Part shown: positions 27,855 through 53,200 of the stretch, piece after piece | Layout: every line of letters starts with the position of its first letter | Position numbering within the stretch: the stretch's first letter is position 1 | Source of the DNA: Lingula anatina | Taxonomy: Eukaryota > Animalia > Brachiopoda | DNA: 64,000 nucleotides | Direction: 5' to 3' | Assembly (NCBI GenBank): GCA_051362555.1 | Contig: CM120647.1 | Location: 5,704,001 to 5,768,000 of the forward strand | The notes under the pieces: generated by a model | Seen by the model: the letters and a program-made list of their open reading frames with translations, nothing else | Databases searched by the model: none | Told to the model about the DNA's origin: nothing | Program-made: the position numbers and the translations under genes

Positions 27855-30800
27855 ATGAATGAAGACCAGTGCCAAGAATTGAAGACAGTTACTGGAGAGA
27901 ACGAACATTACATTTGTAAGCACTGCCCTGAGATATTTACCAATGAACATAATTGTATTGCTCATGAAAAAATTCACAATGGAGAGAGACCATACAAATG
28001 TCAGTATTGTGAGAAGACATTCATGAAAAAACAGACTTGTATACATCATGAGAGAATTCACACAGGAGAGAAGCCATATAAATGCCAGTACTGTAATAAG
28101 ACATTTGCTCTAAAACAGAATTGCGTTTATCATGAAAGAATTCACACTGGAGAGAAACCATACAAATGTCAGTACTGTAATAAGTCATTTAGTTATAAAA
28201 AGAGTTGCACTCGTCATGAAACAATTCACACTGGAGAGAAACCATACAAATGCCAGTATTGTGATAAGACATTTACTGGAAAAGACGGTTGCATTTATCA
28301 TGAAAGAAATCACACTGGAGAGAAACCATACCAATGTCAATACTGTAATAAGACATTTAATAGTAAACAGGCTTCCATTAATCATGAAAGAGGTCACACT
28401 GGAGAGAAACCATACAAATGTCAGTACTGTAATAAGACATTCACTAATAAGCATGGTTGCATTTGTCATGAAAGAATTCACACTGGAGAAAAACCATATG
28501 AATGCCAGTATTGTGGTGAGAGATTCATTCGCAAAGAGAGTTACATTGTTCATGAAAGAATTCACACTGGAGAAAAACCATACAAATGTCAGTACTGTGA
28601 TAAGACATTTACTAGCAGACAGAATTGCTTTCTTCATGAAAAAATCCACACTGGTATAAAACCATACAAATGTCAGTACTGTACTAAAACATTTATTCAA
28701 AGACGGACATGCACACTTCATGAAAGAACTCACACAGGAGAGAAAACATACAAATGCCAGTATTGTGAGAAGGCATTTATTCAAAAATGGACTTGCGACT
28801 ATCATGAAAGAATTCATACCCGAAAGAGACCATACAAATGCCAGTTTTGTGATGAGACATTTTCTCGTAAACACTTTTGTGCTGTTCACGAAAGAACTCA
28901 CATTGTTAAGAATCCCTTTATGTGTCAGTACTGCGGTAAGACATTTACTAAAAAAAAGTGTTGCATTGTTCATGAAAGAACACGCCATGAAGAGTCTGAT
29001 AAACCACACAAGTGTTCATTTTGTTACGAGATATTTGTCAGCAGAGGTGAATGTGATCTACATGAAAAAAAGCACACTAATGTGTCGTCTGGTCAAAAAG
29101 CAGATGAGCAGTGTGCTACAGAAGTTGATGGTGAAAATGTAGCCTGTCCTGATAGTGATGGGGTATCACACAAACTGAACAAAAAGGAAAATGAGGATTA
29201 TCATCCAACAAGGAATCAACCATATCCTGTTGATCATGGTAAAAATATAGTCTCTCCTGACGGTGATTGGGTATCACACAAACTGACCAAAAAGGAAAAT
29301 GAGGATTATCATCCAACAAGGAAGCAACCATATCCTGTTGATCATGGTAAAAATATAGTCTCTCCTGACGGTGATGGGGTATCACACAAACTGACCAAAA
29401 AGGAAAATGAGGATTATCATCCAACAAGGAAGCAACCATATCCTGTTGATCATGGTAAAAATATAGTCTCTCCTGACGGTGATGGGGTATCACACAAACT
29501 GACCAAAAAGGAAAATGATGATTATGACCAATGCCAAAAATGGAAGACAGTTACTGGACAGAAAAAACATTACATTTGTAAGCACTGCCCTGAGATATTT
29601 ACCAATGAACATAATTGTATTGCTCATGAAAAAATTCACAATGGAGAGAGACCATACAAATGTCAGTATTGTGAGAAGACATTCATGAAAAAACAGACTT
29701 GTATACATCATGAGAGAATTCACACAGGAGAGAAGCCATATAAATGCCAGTACTGTAATAAGACATTTGCTCTAAAACAGAATTGCGTTTATCATGAAAG
29801 AATTCACACTGGAGAGAAACCATACAAATGTCAGTACTGTAATAAGTCATTTAGTTATAAAAAGAGTTGCACTCGTCATGAAACAATTCACACTGGAGAG
29901 AAACCATACAAATGCCAGTATTGTGATAAGACATTTACTGGAAAAGACGGTTGCATTTATCATGAAAGAAATCACACTGGAGAGAAACCATACCAATGTC
30001 AATACTGTAATAAGACATTTAATAGTAAACAGGCTTCCATTAATCATGAAAGAGGTCACACTGGAGAGAAACCATACAAATGTCAGTACTGTAATAAGAC
30101 ATTCACTAATAAACATGGTTGCATTTGTCATGAAAGAATTCACACTGGAGAAAAACCATACGAATGCCAGTATTGTGATGAGAGATTCATTCGCAAAGTG
30201 AGTTACATTGTTCATGAAAGAATTCACACTGGAGAAAAACCATACAAATGTCAATACTGTGATAAGACATTTACTAGCAGACAGAATTGCTTTCTTCATG
30301 AGAAAATCCACACTGGTATAAAACCATACAAATGTCAGTACTGTACTAAAACATTTATTCAAAGACGGACATGCACTCTTCATGAGAGAACTCACACAGG
30401 AGAGAAAACATACAAATGCCAGTATTGTGAGAAGGCATTTATTCAAAAACAGACTTGCGACTATCATGAAAGAATTCATACCCGAAAGAGACCATACAAA
30501 TGCCAGTTTTGTGATGAGACATTTTCTCGTAAACACTTTTGTGCTGTTCACGAAAGAACTCACATTGTTAAGAATCCCTTTATGTGTCAGTACTGCGGTA
30601 AGACATTTACTAAAAAAAAGTGTTGCATTGTTCATGAAAGAACACGCCATGAAGAGTCTGATAAACCACACAAGTGTTCATTTTGTTACAAGATATTTGT
30701 CAGCAGAGGTGAATGTGATCTACATGAAAAAAAGCACACTAATGTGTCGGCTGGTCAAAAAGCAGATGAGCAGTGTGCTACACAAGTTGATGGTGAAAAT

Positions 30801-31151
30801 GTAGCCTGTCCTGACAGTGATGGGGTATCACACAAACTGACCAAAAAGGAAAATGATGATTATCATCCAACAAAGAAGCAACCATATCCAGTTGATCATG
30901 GTAAAAATGTAGTCTCTCCTGACAGTGATGGGGTATCACATAAACTGACCAAAAAGGAAAATTATAATGATTATCATCCAACAAGGAAGCAACCATATCC
31001 TGTTGATCATGGTAAAAATATAGTCTCTCCTGACGGTGATGGGGTATCACACAAACTGACCAAAAAGGAAAATGATGATTATCATCCAACAAGGAAGCAA
31101 CCATATCCAGTTGCTTTGTTTAAAAATGCATTTGCTGAAAGTCAGTATTAA
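27855..31151 (+). CDS. C2H2 zinc-finger protein B, 28 fingers (2 x 14) with 36-aa repeat spacers
   Basis: Open frame; CACCATG start at 27855; HTGEKPYKCQYC linkers; internal duplication with 1662-bp period. Confidence 0.9.
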   Translation: MNEDQCQELKTVTGENEHYICKHCPEIFTNEHNCIAHEKIHNGERPYKCQYCEKTFMKKQTCIHHERIHTGEKPYKCQYCNKTFALKQNCVYHERIHTGEKPYKCQYCNKSFSYKKSCTRHETIHTGEKPYKCQYCDKTFTGKDGCIYHERNHTGEKPYQCQYCNKTFNSKQASINHERGHTGEKPYKCQYCNKTFTNKHGCICHERIHTGEKPYECQYCGERFIRKESYIVHERIHTGEKPYKCQYCDKTFTSRQNCFLHEKIHTGIKPYKCQYCTKTFIQRRTCTLHERTHTGEKTYKCQYCEKAFIQKWTCDYHERIHTRKRPYKCQFCDETFSRKHFCAVHERTHIVKNPFMCQYCGKTFTKKKCCIVHERTRHEESDKPHKCSFCYEIFVSRGECDLHEKKHTNVSSGQKADEQCATEVDGENVACPDSDGVSHKLNKKENEDYHPTRNQPYPVDHGKNIVSPDGDWVSHKLTKKENEDYHPTRKQPYPVDHGKNIVSPDGDGVSHKLTKKENEDYHPTRKQPYPVDHGKNIVSPDGDGVSHKLTKKENDDYDQCQKWKTVTGQKKHYICKHCPEIFTNEHNCIAHEKIHNGERPYKCQYCEKTFMKKQTCIHHERIHTGEKPYKCQYCNKTFALKQNCVYHERIHTGEKPYKCQYCNKSFSYKKSCTRHETIHTGEKPYKCQYCDKTFTGKDGCIYHERNHTGEKPYQCQYCNKTFNSKQASINHERGHTGEKPYKCQYCNKTFTNKHGCICHERIHTGEKPYECQYCDERFIRKVSYIVHERIHTGEKPYKCQYCDKTFTSRQNCFLHEKIHTGIKPYKCQYCTKTFIQRRTCTLHERTHTGEKTYKCQYCEKAFIQKQTCDYHERIHTRKRPYKCQFCDETFSRKHFCAVHERTHIVKNPFMCQYCGKTFTKKKCCIVHERTRHEESDKPHKCSFCYKIFVSRGECDLHEKKHTNVSAGQKADEQCATQVDGENVACPDSDGVSHKLTKKENDDYHPTKKQPYPVDHGKNVVSPDSDGVSHKLTKKENYNDYHPTRKQPYPVDHGKNIVSPDGDGVSHKLTKKENDDYHPTRKQPYPVALFKNAFAESQY

Positions 31152-32887
31152 AATGTGGATATTATGATGTACAATTTGAAAGTGACAATGTATTTAGGCA
31201 CCTAATACTCAATAAATAATAATAAAAAAAATATTGGTTTCAGATCAAGGACTTGCAATCTACTATGCAACAATTAAGTGTCTGTTGGTGCCTGTAAAAT
31301 GGGAAAATGTTTTAGCCCAAATTTGGTCTGCTGAGTTACAAACTCATTGGCTCCTATAAATTGAGCTGTTCTCTAACTACAGGGGTCTCTACTGCTTGAT
31401 ACAAAATTGCTGTCAAATCTCTTATTCACTTTCACAGTATATGTAACTAAGACCCCATTCCCAGAGATTAGATCGATCCAACTAGATTGACCTAACTCCC
31501 TGGGGGTTCACGCTAAATAGCTGTCATGGGATTTTACAAGCAAATTTCAAAACTTTGGAAAAAAATAAAATGATTATAGATATAAAGAAACATCCTCCGA
31601 AATAAAGATTGAAAAAGTCATGACCTAGTATTATTTCATGCTATTTGAAGTGATAACACCACAAATTAAAGAAATTTTTGTTGTTGTGTGTGTGTGAAAC
31701 TGGTGCCTGAAGACAGCATGGATAGCTAGTAAATGGGATGTGGATTCTCCGGTGTCAAATAAAATAAATTATAGGTAGAAAACAAGGTACAAAATTATAA
31801 AAATCATCAGTCACCTAGGAACTGTAAAAAAAAAAAAACTCAATGTGTTTAAAGTACTTGAACAAAATTGCAAGAAATATACTTAAAACATGTTAATGTA
31901 CAAGAACTCATTCTACTTTGGGCGTCATTGAACTATAATCTAAATTGAATAACACACTGGAATAGGGAACCAAGTAAAGGTGTAGTGATGGCATGGTCCG
32001 TAATTTGTTCAGGATAGTAATTTGCAAAACCTACCTGTAGTTATGTAGTATGTTCATTTTCCTAAGTTTTTATCATAAATCTTTGTGATTCAGAACCTCT
32101 TGTAAAACTGTACGTGCTACTAGAGAGACAGAAAGATAAAAAACTTTCCTGTTTCTATGGGTGATTATTTATTGGCTTTTTCATATATCACAATAAAATA
32201 TGAGATTGTTTTTTCTGGTAATTCTCTCCTAAGCCAAGTGCTGAATTAAACACTTCAATGCTACTAGGTACCTGAAATACCTTTTTCCTGTCGAGTGTTT
32301 TTTTTTTTCCTCAGGTGGCTTGTTATCATTCACCCCGCCCCATATATCAATGGTTTCATAAGATCAGTAAACAGTGAAATTACAATTTACTGCCAGCTTC
32401 AGTTGTTCCTCTGAATGAAATTAAGACAAAGCAGCCCACACAGGATTTTTGAAAAATAAGGAATTTAGTTTTCACGAATATATCAATCTAGTTATTTTGA
32501 ACACATTTTCCCACCAAGTGAAAACAGTTGCTTTAGAATACAGCATGCTGGGCAGCTTTCCTTCCATCAAATTTCCTTGACACCAATTAGTGTGTAAAAT
32601 GAGCTCTCGGTTAACAACAAAATTAATGTCAATACAAAATGAATTGCTTCTAGTTGCCTGGATGCAGACATTATTTTTAGATGTTCTGTCTGTGAATCCA
32701 TGGTTTCTAGAAAATCTTTCCTGTTCTTATAATTTTCTAATAGATGCACATACAGTTTCTAGAAGCCCTGTATTTTTTCTTCCAATTTCTGATTGCAAAA
32801 GTTTCATTCAGGACAGTATTTACATCAATGCAGCCACTGTTTTTAGTAGTTCTTCAGTCTTCATCCTTGAAATTTGGAAAGCGTTCT

Positions 32888-46758
<13,871 letters not shown>

Positions 46759-47227
46759 CTCAAAATTGATGCCGAAATTGTGTCGCACATCAAGACCCGG
46801 CTGCGAAATTGCTGGAATTTCATTGGACAAAATTAATCGACTTGCTACGGGCTTTACTATCACGGTGATTCTGATTTGTTGAAAATGATTTTCTACAATT
46901 ATATCCGGGTACTTGCAACATGGAGTCCCACGAGAAGTTTCTCTTTGCGTGATATCGAAATTAGTGTAGTTTTGTTTGAATCAGAGATAAAGGTAAGTTA
47001 TGAGCGATGTTAATGTGACAGTGAAATAAAAGTAGTTTTTGAAATATGACGTTGGAGAGAAAGGAGCCAAATATCACCCGTAATTTTGGGTATTTATATT
47101 TCCTTTAATATTAATAATTGAAAAATGAAAGAAAAAAAGTCAATTTCCATACAGTCCACAAAATACATACATTTACTGAATGATTGACAAGTGTACGTAT
47201 TTGAATTTGCTATTTCTATTTCAGAAG

Positions 47228-50200
47228 ATGGATTTGTTGGGCAATATCCTGGACCGCATGGAGACCCCTCCGGAGGTGGAGGATAGGAGAAGGACGAAAG
47301 GTTTGTCCATGACACTTCAGCTGTGTTCCCACGCTCGGCTGTCACCTTGATTGGATAGTAAATGACTGTCGTAAAATCCCAAATGGTTTTAAAACCACCT
47401 AGAACAACCTTAGACTGCCACATTAATCTAATACAATGCAAAAAAAGCCCTATCAAAAGTGGTCAAAGTATTCAAACCATATGTCGTAAAGTCCCCATAT
47501 ACCCCCATAGAGACAATAAAATAGAGTAAGCTTAGGAATGGTTCCTGAGCCAGCATTCAGATGATCGGTGGACTAACAGTAACAGATCTGCGGACAAAAT
47601 ATGGCCCACTTGAATACATGCTGTATAATCCCACAATAGGCACTGAATAGATCAACTGTGGGGATGGCACAGCAAGTTTTCAATGCAGTTTGTCATATTT
47701 AATCTGTGGAGCTCTTAGTCTGCAGTTTAACTTTGGTCGTGAAAATGTATGGCCTTTGTGATCTCAAAAATGCTTAAAACTTATTTTAACGTGCTAAAAA
47801 TTGAATTGACACAAAATGACACAAAATAACTTGCTTATATATATATCTTTGCAGTTAGGAAGTGGGTGAAACAGTTGTAATTCTAAATGTTTGTTCACGT
47901 CTGTCAGAGCTGCAAAGATGTTAAAATTATAACACATAATTTATATTCACAATTACTAGTTTATTTTTACCATTGCCTCAGAATTTAGAACCTGTTTAAG
48001 GTTATAAGCTAGTTGTTTTAGTCAAATGTCCACTCATCTCTCATCAGTTTTTAAATGTTTAGAAAAAAAATTATCATATTAAGTAAATATTTTAGATGCA
48101 CCATCAAACTTTTTGTTGTAAATAATTACTGTAATTTTCATTTAATTGTAGAAATGGAGGAAACTTGGGCCAAAAGAAATGAGATGATGGCAAAAATGGA
48201 GGCACAAAGAAAAGAAGAAGAAAAGGTGATTACATTTTTTTTTTCATGTGGTTAATGTGAAATAAAAATAACAAAATTTTCCAATGTCTTCAAACAATTG
48301 TCCACAAAACATTTTAATTTAAACATCTATACTCAAAAATAGAAATGAAATAAGCAGTGTATCACTTCATATTTTACCATGTCTTGACATAAACAAAATG
48401 TAATAAAGAATGCACTCATTACTTGAATTTTTTTTACTACTCTTTAAGTCCTAATATAAAGTGTAATTTTATACTCTGGGTTATAGTTCAAGATTAACTT
48501 TTAGTAGGATAATTTTTCCCAGGTTAATATTAGTAAAGATTTGCAGAGAATTTACTGGCAATATCTTTTCTTCTGTTATAGAAAAAGCGCCAAGAAGCAG
48601 CCCTGGCAGCCCTTGCTGCAGCAACGGAACGAGAAAAGGTGAGGACTCAAAGCGGAAGTTAAAATGTTTCTTTCAGCCCAAGAGAACAATTTTGGCAAGT
48701 GTGGACATAAACCATTCCATTATGAACACCGACACTGCTTATACTTTCAGAGAAGTCACTCCACAGATCGTCCATTCAGAAAGCACTCTATGATGATTTG
48801 AGGGGGGGGGGCTGCAAAATAGAAGTTAAAGCAATAATAACTCTTCGTTTCGGCCAAAAAATGAATTTTCCTGGAGTAAACAACAATTTTCCCATACTTA
48901 CCAATGGTTAATGAATCCATTTTTACATTCAAAGTTAGTCCCTGGTTTTTTTCTAAAAAGTTTAGTTTTTTGTTAAAATCTCTTAAGAGATTTTAACAGA
49001 GTTTAGGCATCAATGGAGGTCACGTGGTCTAAAGACAAGTTCAAATATCAGAATAAAAGCTATAACTGCTGTTTTTGTGGTAAACAATATATTATATTTC
49101 TATGAGTTATTGTACCACCAGCGTTAGCGCTGGCGGTACACATGGTTTCGGTCCCGTCCGGATCGTTCCGCCGGCTCCGCCGGCTCCGCCGGCTCCGCCG
49201 GCTCCGCCGGCTCCGCCGGACGGCTACCGTTACCGCTTCTCCTCCTAGACGGTAAGGGCCCCCGTACCCATCTCTTGGATTTAGGTCACCTATAATCTCA
49301 ACTCGTTCCACGTAAAATTTGGGCTTTGTCGGTATTGGGGTCTAGGTGTGGCACTCATTGCAATGCACCCTTGTCTAAAAATGGCAAAATTAAATGCTAA
49401 TTATCTACCCTACGGAAGGAATTATGGGAAAAATTTCTACAGACGGCTTTCCAAAAGTCATATGTGTAGATTTCAAATATGCCCTTGGATTTGACCTTTG
49501 ACCTTTATTTCAAGGTCAAACGGGCCAAAATTTTCAAAAAAATTAATTTTTTTACGAAAAAAAAAATATTTGCCCTGTTATTCAGACACCACACAGACTT
49601 AACCAAAAATATTATTGGAACTTGTTACCCTTCAGGTCATCTTTCATCTCCGTGAATTTGGGGTCAATCGGTGCATTTTCACGGGAGTAGCGGCCATAAG
49701 ATACTGAAACTGAAAACTGTCTCTAATTCGGGAACCGTTAATGCTAGAGACCCATTCTTTTTTGCATTTTGTAGAGCATGTAAAGCCCAACACTGGAGGT
49801 GGTCTCCGTTTTTTTGTATTCCATACGGTTTTTGAGTTATGCTGTATCAAAAAGTACATATTGGTGGTGAAAGCAAAATGTGCAGTACGGTAATGGATAA
49901 TAAATTTTGAACTCCAGAAAAAAATATATATAAGGCTTGGCAAAGCAGACAACTCATGGTCAAAAATAACATTATTTCATCAAATTTGAACTTCTGGAAC
50001 TTCAGAGCACCTCCCATTTCAAGAATTTTGACCAAAATTACCTTTTATTTATTTTAATTAATTTTTTTCTGTAGGAAATTTATGGCACATTATGGTAACT
50101 CCAAAATTATAACATTTAGTCCCTTATATCTCCAAAACTGGCAGAGATAGGTCCATAGTTACTATTGAAGTTGAATAGGAAGTCATATACTGGCAATCTT

Positions 50201-53200
50201 ACTGTGACCTTGAAATTGACCTTTGACCTACTTTTCACTATGAACTGAACTTTGCAAATTTTGCTTCCCTTTTATCTACAAGACTGGCAGAGATATGTCC
50301 ATAGTTACTATTGAACTTGAATAGGAAGTCATATACTGGCAATCTAAATGTGTCCTTAAAATTGACCTTTGACCTACTTTTCACCATGAACTGAACTTTG
50401 CAAATTTTGCTTCCCTTTTATCTCCAAAACTGGCAGAGATAGGTCCATAGTTACTATTGAACTTGAATAGGAAGTCATATACTGGCAATCTAAATGTGAC
50501 CTTGAAATTGACCTTTGACCTACTATTCACCATGAACTGAACTTTGCAAATTTTGCTTCCCTTTTATCTCCAAAACTGGCAGAGATAGGTCCATAGTTAC
50601 TATTGAACTTGAATAGGAAGTCATATACTGGCAATCTTACTGTGACCTTGAAATTGACCTTTGACCTACTTTTCACCATGAACTGAACTTTGTAAATTTT
50701 GCTTCCCTTTTATCTCCAAACCTGGCAGAGATATGTCCATGGTTACTATTGAACTTGAATAGGAAGTCATATACTGGCAATCTTACTGTGACCTTGAAAT
50801 TGACCTTTGACCTACTTTTCACCATGAACTGAACTTTGCAAATTTTGATTCCCTTTTATTTCCAAAACTGGCAGAGATATGTTGATAGTTACCATTGAAG
50901 TTGAATAGGAAGTCATATACTGGCAATCTTACTGTGACCTTGAAATTGACCTTTGACCTACTTTTCACCATGAACTGAACTTTGCAAATTTTGCTTCCCT
51001 TTTTTCTCCAGCACTGGCTGAGATAGGTCCATAATTACTATAGAACTTGAATAGGAAGTCATAAACTGGCAATCTAAATGTGACCTTAAAATTGACCTTT
51101 TACCTACTTTTCACCATGAACTGAACTTTGCAAATTTTGCTTCCCTTTTATCTCCAAAGTTACGCTGTATCAAAAAGTACATATTGGTGGTGAAAGCAAA
51201 ATGTGCAGTACGGTAATGGATAATAAATTTTGAACTCCAGAAAAATAAAACATAAGGCTTGGGGAAGCAGACAACTTGTGGTCAAAAAAAAAAAAAATAA
51301 CATTATTTCATCAAATTTGAACATCTCGAACTTCAGAGCACCTCCCATTTCAAGAATTTTGACCAAAATGACCTTTTCTTTATTTTAATTATTTTTTTCT
51401 GTAGGAAATTTATGGCACATTATGGTAACTCCAAAATTATAACATTTAGTCCCTTATATCTCCAAAACTGGCAGAGATAGGTCCATAGTTACTATTGAAG
51501 TTGAATAGGAAGTCATATACTGGCAATCTTACTGTGATCTTTAAATTGATCTTTGACCTACTTTTCACTATGAACTGAACTTTGCAAATTTTGCTTCCCT
51601 TTTATCTCCAAAACTGGCAGAGATATATCCATAGTTACTATTGAAGTTGAATAGGAAGTCATATACTGGCAATCTTACTGTGTCCTTAAAATTGACCTTT
51701 GACCTACTTTTCACCATAAACTGAACTTTGTAAATTTTGCTTCCCTTTTATCTCCAAAACTGGCAGAGATAGGTCCATAGTTACTATTGAAGTTGAATAG
51801 GAAGTCATATACTGGCAATCTAAATGTGACCTTAAAATTGACCTTTGACCTACTTTCCACCATGAACTGAACTTGCAAATTTTGCTTCCCTTCTATCTCC
51901 AAAGTTACGCTGTATCAAAAAGTATATATTGGTGGTGAAAGCAAAATGCGCAGTACGGTAATGGATAATAAATTTTGAACTCCAGAAAAATAAAACATAA
52001 GGCTTGGCAAAGCAGACAACTCATGGTCAAAAATGACATTATATCATCAAATTTGAACATCTCGAACTTCAAGACACTTCCCATTTCAAGAATTTTGACC
52101 AAAATTACCTTTTCTTTATTTAAATTAATTTTTTCTATAGGAAATTTATGGCACATTATGGTAACTCCAAAATTATAACATTTAGTCCCTTATATCTCCA
52201 AAACTGGCAGAGATAGGTCCATAGTTACTATTGAAGTTGAATAGGAAGTCATATACTGGCAATCTTACTGTGACCTTGAAATTGACCTTTGACCTACTTT
52301 TCAACATGAACTGAACTATGTAAATTTTGCTTCTATTTTATCTCCAAAACTGGCAGAGATAGGTCCATAGTTACTATTGAAGTTGAATAGGAAGTCATAT
52401 ACTGGCAATCTTACTGTGACCTTGAAATTGACCTTTGACCTACTTTTCACCATGAACTGAACTTTGCAAATTTTGATTCCCTTTTATCTCCAAAACTGGC
52501 AGAGATAGGTCCATAGTTACTATTAAACTTGAAAAGGAAGTCATATACTGGCAATTTACTGTGACCTTGAAATTGACCTTTGACCTACCTTACGATGAAT
52601 TAACTTTGATTGTACCATTTTAAATTATATATATTTTTTGCATATTTTGAAAATTCTTGTTGATTGCATTTTTACAGCTTGTCAAGCACAAGACTGGTGG
52701 CTGTGTCCCTTACTTTGTGTATGTGGGGGTCTATACGAATGCGCTTGCTCCAGCTGGTGGTACAATATTCGGAGGCGGTATCGCCTCTCTGATCCTCTAG
52801 TTCACAAGGTTTTTATTGTGAATATATAGATCTAATACGAAGAGTTATTATCCCTTTAACCTCTATGATGATTTGAAGGGGGGGGGGTTAACTTCTATTT
52901 TGCAGCCCCCCCCCCCCCCCCCCCCCAAGTTTCATGAATTTAGAAATACTAAGGAATTTATCCCCATGTAAGTTTTCTTTTGATATACAAGATGTGAAAA
53001 ATACATCAAATATTAAAACATCTCTGTTTGGTCAACTCATTATTTTGAAAACACAAGTAGACTGGCTTTAAATCAATGAGGTCTTATGTTAATCAGGTTA
53101 AACAATGATACCTGAAACATTTCATTGCCCTTCCAGCAAAAGAAACAGGCACTAATGGGTGGCAATGCCGCAACACAGGATGGCGCAGACGCAGCGTGCT

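Larger units (their letters stand above)
48830..52855. mobile_element. Non-autonomous Kolobok-like element
   Basis: TTAA TSD (48826-29, 52856-59); TIR AG(CA/GG)ATAATAACTCTTCGT. Confidence 0.75.

Noticed and set aside
28132-30804. Long alternative-frame and antisense ORFs over ZNF-B
   Set aside because: Typical shadow frames of C2H2 repeat arrays
24540-32400. Hypothesis that the ZNF pair is cargo of one large TIR transposon
   Set aside because: No matching outer TIRs or TSD could be found by eye
50121-52590. CRISPR-like appearance of the regular repeats
   Set aside because: No unique spacers, eukaryotic context and no cas genes; this is a satellite within a HINE
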